IMG/VR virus record: IMGVR_UViG_3300025128_000209
Span: 1-30,642 of that record
DNA length: 30,642 nucleotides
Reading direction: 5' to 3' (one strand)
From: a virus
Taxonomy: Duplodnaviria; Caudoviricetes
Under the pieces are notes generated by a model that saw nothing but the letters and a program-made list of their open reading frames with translations, was not told where the DNA came from and ran no database searches. The translations under genes were made by a program, and so were the position numbers. Positions 18,483 to 25,689 of this stretch are shown here, piece by piece; the first letter of the stretch is position 1, and each line of letters begins with the position of its first letter.

Positions 18483-19165
18483 TAAAACCTCCCTGATTCC
18501 TTCTTATTTTCCAGTTTAGTAATTCTTTCTTCTAAGCTTTTAATACTACCTGATAAAATATCTAATTCATACTCTACACCTGACAAATCAACTTCAGGTA
18601 TTTTCTTATTTTTAAGTTTAGCTATCTCTATTTTAATTTCATTTAAATCAGAAGCCAAAGGAGTTAACTTAACTGCTAATTTTTTTATTTCAGTAAAGGT
18701 CTCCTTAAACTCTGTCAGCTGATATGTTATAAGCTTTAAGTCTCCAGTAGACTTAATCAAATCTACTTCACCTTTAAGATAATCATATTCTAATCTATTA
18801 GGACTATTATTAGATTTAAGTTCAGAGATAGAGCCTTGTATACTAAAATATGTAGCACACGCAGAGACTATTACTGCCCCTATTGTAGCCATAAATTTTA
18901 AGTCAAATGTAAATTTACTATCTTCACCTATTTCTGTTGGTTTTGGCACTGATATCTCCTTTTTTTCTTCTATTTTTTCTTTTGACTGTTGATTTAAAAC
19001 ATCACTTATATCATCAACTGTAACATATTTCATTTCAATTAGAACTTTTCCTAGAGGAACAGCTCTGTTGTAATTAATGGCTTCATCAGCCTGCTTACTT
19101 AAAGCCTCTTGTAACTGATTCTTATTAATAATACGATTAAATAATAATAAGTCACCTATTTTCAT
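18482..19165 (-). CDS. MshEN-like domain + single transmembrane helix + coiled-coil protein, 227 aa
   Basis: aa 2-25 KIGDLLLFNRIINKNQLQEALSKQ and aa 37-60 PLGKVLIEMKYVTVDDISDVLNQQ each fit the 24-residue MshEN pattern RLGxxLLxxGLIxxxxLxxxLxxQ; TM aa 91-109 FMATIGAVIVSACATYFSI; heptad-rich C-terminus. Confidence 0.75.
   Translation of the reverse strand: MKIGDLLLFNRIINKNQLQEALSKQADEAINYNRAVPLGKVLIEMKYVTVDDISDVLNQQSKEKIEEKKEISVPKPTEIGEDSKFTFDLKFMATIGAVIVSACATYFSIQGSISELKSNNSPNRLEYDYLKGEVDLIKSTGDLKLITYQLTEFKETFTEIKKLAVKLTPLASDLNEIKIEIAKLKNKKIPEVDLSGVEYELDILSGSIKSLEERITKLENKKESGRF
18947..18961 (-). promoter_or_regulatory. Internal in-frame ribosome-binding site and GTG start within the MshEN-like gene
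   Basis: AAGGAG-ATATCA-GTG at codon 73; would give a 155-aa MPKPTEIGEDSKF... isoform. Confidence 0.5.
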
Positions 19166-19560
19166 TAAAAGTCCTGAGGGACTACTCTGCCAGTAGATAC
19201 ATAATTGCTTCTAGCAAACCTCTTAGCCTTCTTAACACCATCTTGATACCCCCCTGAAAATATCTGAGAGTTTTCCATATTCATATTTCTAGGGTCTAAA
19301 TAACCCATAGATATAACATGCATAGCAATAGCACTATGAAATCTAGAAGGTATATTAGAATAACTACCATCTAAAGTTCCAGCTGCTAAGTCAGTATCAG
19401 TAAATACACCTCTTATTTTAATTCCTTTAGCAGAAGAAACAGTTTTATATTCATCTGTATAACCATCTTGAGTTATAGTATTCTTAGCTTCTTCTACTAT
19501 AGCTATTTTTTCACCTGTACTATGAGTATCTATAAAATAAAATCTTTGAGTTTTTGCCAT
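19165..19560 (-). CDS. Head-tail adaptor/ring-like protein, C-terminal-half-like, 131 aa
   Basis: IPSRFHSAIAMHVISMGY resembles the IPxx(F/Y)HxAIxxxxxxxxY C-terminal helix of podovirus adaptor proteins. Confidence 0.5.
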   Translation of the reverse strand: MAKTQRFYFIDTHSTGEKIAIVEEAKNTITQDGYTDEYKTVSSAKGIKIRGVFTDTDLAAGTLDGSYSNIPSRFHSAIAMHVISMGYLDPRNMNMENSQIFSGGYQDGVKKAKRFARSNYVSTGRVVPQDF

Positions 19561-19562
19561 AA

Positions 19563-19829
19563 TTAAGTCTCGTCATTTATAATAGGATTACCTTGCAATC
19601 TAGGAATCCTAACATCGTTAAAATAAACTTCTTCTATCTTAGTTAAACCAGAAGGAATAGCATACCATCTAAGGTCTGCAGTAGTAGTAATAGACGTATC
19701 TGTTTTCTTATATATTTCAGTTTCTTCACAAAAGTCATCCTTAGCCCTATTAAGGAGTTTGACTATTTCTGTCTCTCCCATATGAGGATGATGTTGTTGA
19801 ACTAATTCTATCATTTCTTTTAATTCCAT
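19563..19829 (-). CDS. Head-tail adaptor/ring-like protein, N-terminal-half-like, 88 aa
   Basis: EIVKLLNRAKDDFCEET...TADLRWYAIPSGLTKIEEV resembles the LNxAxxxF...YxLPxxxxxIxxV N-terminal half of adaptor proteins. Confidence 0.55.
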   Translation of the reverse strand: MELKEMIELVQQHHPHMGETEIVKLLNRAKDDFCEETEIYKKTDTSITTTADLRWYAIPSGLTKIEEVYFNDVRIPRLQGNPIINDET

Positions 19830-20521
19830 TATTCTCCTTCAGGCTGCTTAGTTTTATCCATAAATCTTTGCATTTCTCCAGCATAACTCTTTTCTAAACT
19901 TTGTATTTGAGCTGTAACCATCGTTAACAATTCTTGGTCTTCTTCTTCTTGCACTTGCTCACTTATATATGTATTTAATATATTTATACAAGACTTTAAT
20001 ACAATAGCATGCATAGATGTTTTAGGCATAAACTTAGTATTTAAAGTAGATGTAGTTATTGTTGTCAAATCATCAGTATCGACAGCATAAGCAAATGACC
20101 ATATTCTACCTACTTGACCTGAACCATTGCAATCAGGATGTATAAGAACTGTACTAGCGTCATTAAGACTATATACTGTATAAACAGGACTATGAGCAGT
20201 TGCTTTATATATACTATTTGAATCTGAAGCAATAGAATAATTAGTTTGCTCTAAGAATTTACATTCTTTGTCAACTCCATTACTATTAGCATCAACTCTA
20301 ACTACCTTTAGTATCTTTTTGTCCTCAATAGACACACCTGAAGCAGAAGTAACATTAGTTGGAGTATTTGAATATTTTAATAACTCCTCCGTAGATATCG
20401 TATCTGCAACTTCATTAAAAGCAGCATTTATCAAATCCTTATAACTCAAACTAGGAATAGTAGAATAAGTATCTCCAATTAAATCAGATATTCTACTTGC
20501 TATTGTAGCATTTACAGCCAT
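19829..20521 (-). CDS. Putative head-tail adaptor (gatekeeper/ring) protein, 230 aa
   Basis: DLINAAFNEVAD N-terminal helix, ILKVVRV strand, MPKTSMHAIVLKSC C-terminal helix; positioned after the head genes. Confidence 0.55.
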   Translation of the reverse strand: MAVNATIASRISDLIGDTYSTIPSLSYKDLINAAFNEVADTISTEELLKYSNTPTNVTSASGVSIEDKKILKVVRVDANSNGVDKECKFLEQTNYSIASDSNSIYKATAHSPVYTVYSLNDASTVLIHPDCNGSGQVGRIWSFAYAVDTDDLTTITTSTLNTKFMPKTSMHAIVLKSCINILNTYISEQVQEEEDQELLTMVTAQIQSLEKSYAGEMQRFMDKTKQPEGE

Positions 20522-20634
20522 TATTTCTTACCTTTTTTCTTTAAGTTCAATTTTCTTCTAGTATCAGGTTTCACATGACCATGCCAAGGATTCCCAATAC
20601 TAGTAGAAAATACGTTCGCTAATCTTTTAGCCAT
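20521..20634 (-). CDS. Small basic protein, 37 aa (MAKRLANVFSTSIGNPWHGHVKPDTRRKLNLKKKGKK)
   Basis: Hand-found. Fills the gap; its stop overlaps the next start (TAATG). Confidence 0.65.
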   Translation of the reverse strand: MAKRLANVFSTSIGNPWHGHVKPDTRRKLNLKKKGKK

Positions 20635-20638
20635 TAAA

Positions 20639-20884
20639 CTAAGGCTTACCTGGTAATTTAGGTGGTAATTTAGGTGGCAATTTACCTGGTGCTTTAGGTG
20701 GTGCTTTTACTGGAGCTTTTTTATCTAAATATGATTTAGACTTCATTACTCTACTTCTGCCACCTTTTCTACTTCCTGCTTTTTTTTCTTTTTTCTTTGG
20801 CCTAGCTGAACCAGCCATAGTAGTTCCCATATCAGTTGCACCAACTAAGTCTATATGGAATCTTTCTTTATTTACTCCACTCAT
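20639..20884 (-). CDS. Highly basic Lys/Pro-repeat protein, 81 aa (possible DNA-binding core protein)
   Basis: SD AAGGAG; K/R-rich with a K(A/L)P(V/P/G) x6 tail. Confidence 0.7.
   Translation of the reverse strand: MSGVNKERFHIDLVGATDMGTTMAGSARPKKKEKKAGSRKGGRSRVMKSKSYLDKKAPVKAPPKAPGKLPPKLPPKLPGKP
20648..20719 (-). repeat. Six imperfect 12-bp tandem repeats (coding)
   Basis: AAAGCTCCAGTA / AAAGCACCACCT / AAAGCACCAGGT / AAATTGCCACCT / AAATTACCACCT / AAATTACCAGGT. Confidence 0.85.
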
Positions 20885-20898
20885 TACTTCTCCTTTAA

Positions 20899-21375
20899 TT
20901 AAAATTGTGGATACAATGTTACAGTCGCTGTTTTACCCGACTCATTTCCATTAGTATCTAAAAATCCTATTCTTGTATATGGTGAAAATCCATGTGTATC
21001 TATATCAAATACAGTCCACCATCCATCTTCCTCATCAAACGCACTTCTATCTATAAATGCTAATTTAGCTAATTCAGTACCTGCTCCTGCTGAGGTTACA
21101 GCTGTCGTATTTTGCTGTCCTTCTACAAACCAATTAGTTCCATCAACGCTATGCTCTAGCCTAACTTCACAATCTCCAGCTAAAGCTGATGAGAGCTTTA
21201 CTAATACTGTGATATCACCTTTTATAGGTATATTAATAGGGCTAGTGTAAGCTAAAACTCCATTATTAGCTCCACCAGACCAATCTAATAATTGCACTGT
21301 TTCTGTCAAATATCCTGTATTTACAGTTACCTGACCATTGCCACCGACTGTTCTGTGTATTCTCTCCCATGCCAT
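20899..21375 (-). CDS. Putative beta-sandwich virion protein, 158 aa
   Basis: Beta-rich; VRLEHSVDGTNWF motif typical of small jelly-roll phage structural proteins. Confidence 0.55.
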   Translation of the reverse strand: MAWERIHRTVGGNGQVTVNTGYLTETVQLLDWSGGANNGVLAYTSPINIPIKGDITVLVKLSSALAGDCEVRLEHSVDGTNWFVEGQQNTTAVTSAGAGTELAKLAFIDRSAFDEEDGWWTVFDIDTHGFSPYTRIGFLDTNGNESGKTATVTLYPQF

Positions 21376-22172
21376 TATAAATTAGGTCTTCCTTCCATAT
21401 AATTAAAATTACTAGAATCCATTCCTACCATTGTGGCATGATTCCCATTCCCAGACATATCGTATATAGTTGTCCCAGTACCATTTTCATCTCCATCTCC
21501 CATTCTCCACCAACATACTAAATTATCTTTATAAGGACCTGTTAAATGATTATGCATATTTCCATCTTCATAAAAAGTCCACAAATCACCACTAATTATA
21601 TATCTATCATAAACTGCAAATTCCGCTATTTCTCCATCAAAAAATTGGTCTGCATCTCCTTCGTCATTTCTAGCTCCAAGAAAAAATGGAATAACGGACG
21701 TCCAATTTTGTCTATTTGCTTGAGTTACTCCATTCAATGTCATACTATGTACTAAACTTCCATTCCTATGCCATCTAGTGACTTGTGACGAAGCATTTGA
21801 GTCACTATTTGATGTCATACAATAGTGAGTCCATCCATTTAAAGTCCCATTACTCCATCCACTACTAACTGAAGTTAGTTCCTGGTCATCTCCATTAGCT
21901 TCAAAATCAAGTATAGATTGCCCAGATGTGCCAATTTGAATATCAGCCCTATTATTACTATCTGCTTTTACTCCAAAAATACTTTGAACAGAAGAAGGTT
22001 GTCCATCATGAGGCCTAATCCACATTGATATACTAAAACCATCATCATTTCTCATAGTATTTTGAAAAGTAGTCCCGCAATCTAAATATTCATCCGAACC
22101 ATTAAATTCTAAAGCATACTTATCCCATATACCCTTTTCCCCTACTACTGTATTTAACATAGCAGGAAACAT
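21375..22172 (-). CDS. LamG/concanavalin A-like lectin domain virion protein, about 265 aa
   Basis: ALEFNGSDEYL, FSISMWIR, WTHYCMT, FFDGEIAEFAVYDR, LVCWWRMGDG, IYDMSGNGNHATM are characteristic LamG_3 motifs. Start moved from 22220 to 22172 (TAATG coupling). Confidence 0.85.
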   Translation of the reverse strand: MFPAMLNTVVGEKGIWDKYALEFNGSDEYLDCGTTFQNTMRNDDGFSISMWIRPHDGQPSSVQSIFGVKADSNNRADIQIGTSGQSILDFEANGDDQELTSVSSGWSNGTLNGWTHYCMTSNSDSNASSQVTRWHRNGSLVHSMTLNGVTQANRQNWTSVIPFFLGARNDEGDADQFFDGEIAEFAVYDRYIISGDLWTFYEDGNMHNHLTGPYKDNLVCWWRMGDGDENGTGTTIYDMSGNGNHATMVGMDSSNFNYMEGRPNL

Positions 22173-22714
22173 TAATCTTGTATTACACCTACTTTTAAAA
22201 GTAATCCTGATGCTGTCCATGTTTTAGCACTAGCATTTTTATTAATTGCAGCTACATAAATATCTCTACTATCTGATGCTGCTTTTAAGACCATACCTAT
22301 ATTCTGTTTGTGACCTGCTTTCCAAAGCACTCCATCTAAATAATTAGTAACTCTGACTACTCCTAATATAGCATCAGGTACAGCACCATCAGTAGCTGAT
22401 ATTACAGCACCTTCTGTACCTAAAGATGAACTTGCATTAAAAAATACTAAATCTACAGGAACCCCATGGTCATCATCGTCTACTAAGACTACAGACTGTA
22501 ATATACAAGAGCCACCTTTTGTAGATACTAAATTCTCTAATTTTTCATTGTCAAATATAATTTCACCATCAGAACAAGCATTAGTAGTAGTACCTGGAGT
22601 TATCTCAATAATATCTACATTCATTTGAGTTAACTTTTTTTCAGAACCAACAACTTCAGCTCCTGTTCTTTTAGCTTGGGTTACCCCAGCTTGTTGTATA
22701 ACTAAATCACTCAT
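22172..22714 (-). CDS. Putative virion structural protein, 180 aa
   Basis: SD GGAG; beta-rich; located in the head accessory cluster. Confidence 0.55.
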   Translation of the reverse strand: MSDLVIQQAGVTQAKRTGAEVVGSEKKLTQMNVDIIEITPGTTTNACSDGEIIFDNEKLENLVSTKGGSCILQSVVLVDDDDHGVPVDLVFFNASSSLGTEGAVISATDGAVPDAILGVVRVTNYLDGVLWKAGHKQNIGMVLKAASDSRDIYVAAINKNASAKTWTASGLLLKVGVIQD

Positions 22715-22730
22715 TCTTTCTCCGTGTTAT

Positions 22731-22754
22731 GTGAAGGGGCCGAAGCCCCCTCAC
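22731..22754 (-). terminator. Stable C(UUCG)G hairpin without a U-tract (attenuator, processing or stability element)
   Basis: GTGAGGGGGC-TTCG-GCCCCTTCAC: 10-bp stem with one G-U pair; followed by ATAACACGGAG rather than poly-T. Confidence 0.6.
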
Positions 22755-22775
22755 GATTGTTAAACTAACCACTTA

Positions 22776-23273
22776 CTACGATGGGTCAGAACCAACACCT
22801 GCTATTGTAACATTAGATTGGTTAGGACCGCCATTGAAATAGATAATACTAAAAGTGACAGTATTTGCTGCACTTCCAGTTCCATCCTTCAAACAAACAA
22901 GTTTCATCCCATCAGTAATCGCTCCATTCCATGAAGCAACCGCTGTAGATGATGCTGTTTGATTAACAATTAATTGACCTGTACCATCTTGATAAGTTCC
23001 AGCAGTATTTTTCATATGGATAGTAGTATCCGTTTGAATAGTTCCTGCACCTAGAGTTACTTCGATAAAAAAACTACCAGCAGCTTTTAATTCGTTAATA
23101 ATAGGCATTGTAGGCCCATCAGTAACAGCATTTACTGTTGAGTTTGTAATCGCAGTACTCTTAACATCATCACCAGTACCAGTTGTAAAAACATCTGCAA
23201 CTTCTACTAGTTTAACCCAACCATCACCGAGTTCAGTTTTAGTCCAGCCATTATCACTTTGTACACTTGCCAT
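22776..23273 (-). CDS. Putative capsid decoration/cement protein, 165 aa
   Basis: Immediately follows the capsid gene with strong SD GGAAGGAG and precedes the hairpin; T/G/A/S-rich beta protein. Positional inference. Confidence 0.5.
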   Translation of the reverse strand: MASVQSDNGWTKTELGDGWVKLVEVADVFTTGTGDDVKSTAITNSTVNAVTDGPTMPIINELKAAGSFFIEVTLGAGTIQTDTTIHMKNTAGTYQDGTGQLIVNQTASSTAVASWNGAITDGMKLVCLKDGTGSAANTVTFSIIYFNGGPNQSNVTIAGVGSDPS

Positions 23274-23287
23274 AATTCACTCCTTCC

Positions 23288-24691
23288 TTAAGAGAACTTA
23301 AGAATTGCGTGAGTTTCAGGAACGCTAATTTCCAAGCCACATTCAGTGATGATTTGGTCTTGTCGACCATCAACACCATTGTCTTGTACATTAGTTTCAA
23401 TGAAAGTGTCTCGACTAACACCATTACCCGCTAGTGGTCTATAAGCTACATTCTTCATATCAACTGCAACGCAATAGTCTTCCCAAGGACCTCTTAATAA
23501 AGGCTCTTGAACAAAGTGTAAATTACCAAATATAGTATTTACCATTGTTACTGTATGCCCGAAAGCACCAGGGATAGTTTCTACGTCAAGTCTATATTGA
23601 GAAGAACCTACAGAATTATTTAGAAAGCTACCACTACCTAATTTATTTAAGTAAGTAATAACTTTTCTTGAAGCTAATACTAGTTTGTTACCACTATTAC
23701 CAGATTCAGGAGCGAAGAAATCTTCCATCGCATCTAAAAACGCATCATAACCAGATGAAGCATAAGACATATTGTAGATTTTACCATAAGATTCAGTATA
23801 TGGTAATATCCCCCAAGTAGTTCTAGTTGGTACAGTAGCTAAAGCTTCTCTAGAAGCGGCACCTACACCAAATAACATAGCTTGTTCGATATCCATTTTA
23901 TGTTCCATTAACTTGTCTTGCCAGATTCTTTGAAACTCATTAGCAATACCTCTGTACTCAGTAGCTAAAGCTGTTCCAGAGAAGATGTTCATACCAGTTT
24001 TGAAGATTTGACAATATCCTTCTCTGTCAAATAACTTATCTTCCCAACCAATAGGACTATCAGTTCCCTCAGCCCATGCACTACCAATCACTTGACCTTT
24101 ACTAGATGTTGTGAAATCAGTACTAGAATCCCAGTTACCTATAGCATCTGCATGCCAAGTAGTACCTGAGTGAGTATATAGATTAATAGTAGTTTTAGCT
24201 GCATGATGAGTTATAACTACATCACTATGTAGTTTTAATCTTCTTACAACGCCACCATCATCTGCAATAGCAAGTACCTGTCCTGGTAAGATAAACTTAC
24301 AAGGCTGAGATGCTTCTATTTGACCATACTCGTTATAACCGCAAGTTAAATCAAGTTCCAAGTCACTACCTTGTGCTGCGAAAGTTGCAGGATTACCACC
24401 ATCTGTTAATGGGGCTTCATGCACATCACCACCTGTACCTGTCATTGCTGTTTCAACTGTGAAATTACGTCTTTGCCACTGATGCCTTTGTTCAAGAAAT
24501 TTGAACACTGGGTCATTAGTAGCTCTTTTTGCCACCTTCGATAAATATACGAAGAATGGACTTTGAATTGGAGCTAACTCAGCAACTCTCTCACCGAAGT
24601 TAAACTTACGTCTAGTATCGTTTAACGAAACGTTTGAGGCTTGTGCTGTATTAGGTCCACCCATATTCGAAAATATAGTTGCGTTCGCCAT
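23288..24691 (-). CDS. Major capsid protein (HK97 fold, SU10/DUF5309-like), 467 aa
   Basis: Follows portal and scaffold; SPFFVYLSKV, FKFLEQR, GSAWAEG, YCQIFKT, HKMDIEQAMLFG, RTTWGIL, TECGLEISVPETHAIL are typical of this capsid family. Confidence 0.85.
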   Translation of the reverse strand: MANATIFSNMGGPNTAQASNVSLNDTRRKFNFGERVAELAPIQSPFFVYLSKVAKRATNDPVFKFLEQRHQWQRRNFTVETAMTGTGGDVHEAPLTDGGNPATFAAQGSDLELDLTCGYNEYGQIEASQPCKFILPGQVLAIADDGGVVRRLKLHSDVVITHHAAKTTINLYTHSGTTWHADAIGNWDSSTDFTTSSKGQVIGSAWAEGTDSPIGWEDKLFDREGYCQIFKTGMNIFSGTALATEYRGIANEFQRIWQDKLMEHKMDIEQAMLFGVGAASREALATVPTRTTWGILPYTESYGKIYNMSYASSGYDAFLDAMEDFFAPESGNSGNKLVLASRKVITYLNKLGSGSFLNNSVGSSQYRLDVETIPGAFGHTVTMVNTIFGNLHFVQEPLLRGPWEDYCVAVDMKNVAYRPLAGNGVSRDTFIETNVQDNGVDGRQDQIITECGLEISVPETHAILKFS

Positions 24692-24708
24692 GTTTCCATC
24701 CTTTTTAT

Positions 24709-24745
24709 CCCTCTATCAACTGCCTTGTTAGGCCTTCAAGTAGGG
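24709..24745 (-). promoter_or_regulatory. Structured leader upstream of the capsid RBS (k-turn-like stem-loop)
   Basis: CCCUACUUGA-AG-GCC-UAACAA-GGC-AGUU-GAUAGAGGG folds with tandem G-A pairs and a U-U pair; folded by eye. Confidence 0.35.
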
Positions 24746-24759
24746 CGGTTAAATTAAAA

Positions 24760-25689
24760 TTACTTCCAAGGGTTTTTACTATTAAAATTCCCTATCATTG
24801 TATCCATAATCTTATCTTCCATTGTCCTTCCATCAACATTAGTATTCCCAGAAGGCATTACTCCCATAGGAGATGGTACTTGCTGAGCATTCTGTGTTTG
24901 AGTAAAAGCTTCACTAGGTGCAGGAGCATTTTGTGGTGGCTGTTGAGCGTTACCACTTCCTTGCAACCTATATAATTGGACAAGATTATCGATTGTTATT
25001 GAATTAGGGTCTGACATTTTTTTCATAAAATCTACAGCTTCACCTTCCTGCATACCATAATGTCCTGTTAATCTAGATTTAATCTCATTAGCTTGTTGAG
25101 CTTGTTGCTGTTGAGCTTGCGCTCTTTTTACATTATTAACTCGCTCTTGTTCCATTTGATTAAATTTATCCTCTATAATAGCAGTATTGTATTCAGATTT
25201 AAGTGTGTTGTATTCATTCATGTCATCACGCCATCCTTCTAACTCATCATTAAACCTAGCACTATTGCTAGAGGGGTCACTATAAGCTTCCTCTCTATTA
25301 TAATCTCTAGGTCGTTGTGGTTTCTCAGGCGGAGGAGGAAAACTATCAGCTTTATATTGAGGTTCAACAGGTGCTTGCGGTTGTGCTTGCGGTTGTTGAG
25401 CTTGTTGTGTCTGCTGTTTCACTGCTGCCAACTCATTCTTATATTTATCTGCTTGAGATTGCCAGTATTGATAGCGAGTTTCATCATTATTAGGTTGATT
25501 ATTTCCTTCTGTACTTACCTCAGGTTGTCCTTGCGGAGCTGGTTCAGTACTACCTTCATTACCACTAGTAAAAGCACTTGAAACATTATCATTAGAGCCC
25601 TCACCGCCAAATACTGCTTCTTCTAAAGAGGCAAATTCATTTGCGCTTTCTTGAGGGGTATCTTGTTGTATATTGTTATCTTGTGTCAT
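24760..25689 (-). CDS. Capsid scaffolding protein, 309 aa
   Basis: Between portal and capsid; acidic/Q/P-rich disordered N-terminus, RYQYWQSQADK followed by coiled coil; SD AAGGAG. Confidence 0.75.
   Translation of the reverse strand: MTQDNNIQQDTPQESANEFASLEEAVFGGEGSNDNVSSAFTSGNEGSTEPAPQGQPEVSTEGNNQPNNDETRYQYWQSQADKYKNELAAVKQQTQQAQQPQAQPQAPVEPQYKADSFPPPPEKPQRPRDYNREEAYSDPSSNSARFNDELEGWRDDMNEYNTLKSEYNTAIIEDKFNQMEQERVNNVKRAQAQQQQAQQANEIKSRLTGHYGMQEGEAVDFMKKMSDPNSITIDNLVQLYRLQGSGNAQQPPQNAPAPSEAFTQTQNAQQVPSPMGVMPSGNTNVDGRTMEDKIMDTMIGNFNSKNPWK

Noticed and set aside
22173-22220. Track start of the LamG gene at 22220
   Set aside because: It would overlap the upstream gene by 49 nt; the ATG at 22172 fits the TAATG coupling used throughout the operon.
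23274-23300. Possible frameshift or readthrough extension of the capsid protein (T7 10B-like)
   Set aside because: No slippery heptamer near the TAA stop, and the next gene has its own strong SD.
25085-25420. Short repeats such as TGCTTGCGGTTG and TTGTTGAGC
   Set aside because: They simply encode the Gln/Ala/Pro low-complexity tracts of the scaffold; there is no repeat-spacer structure, so not CRISPR.
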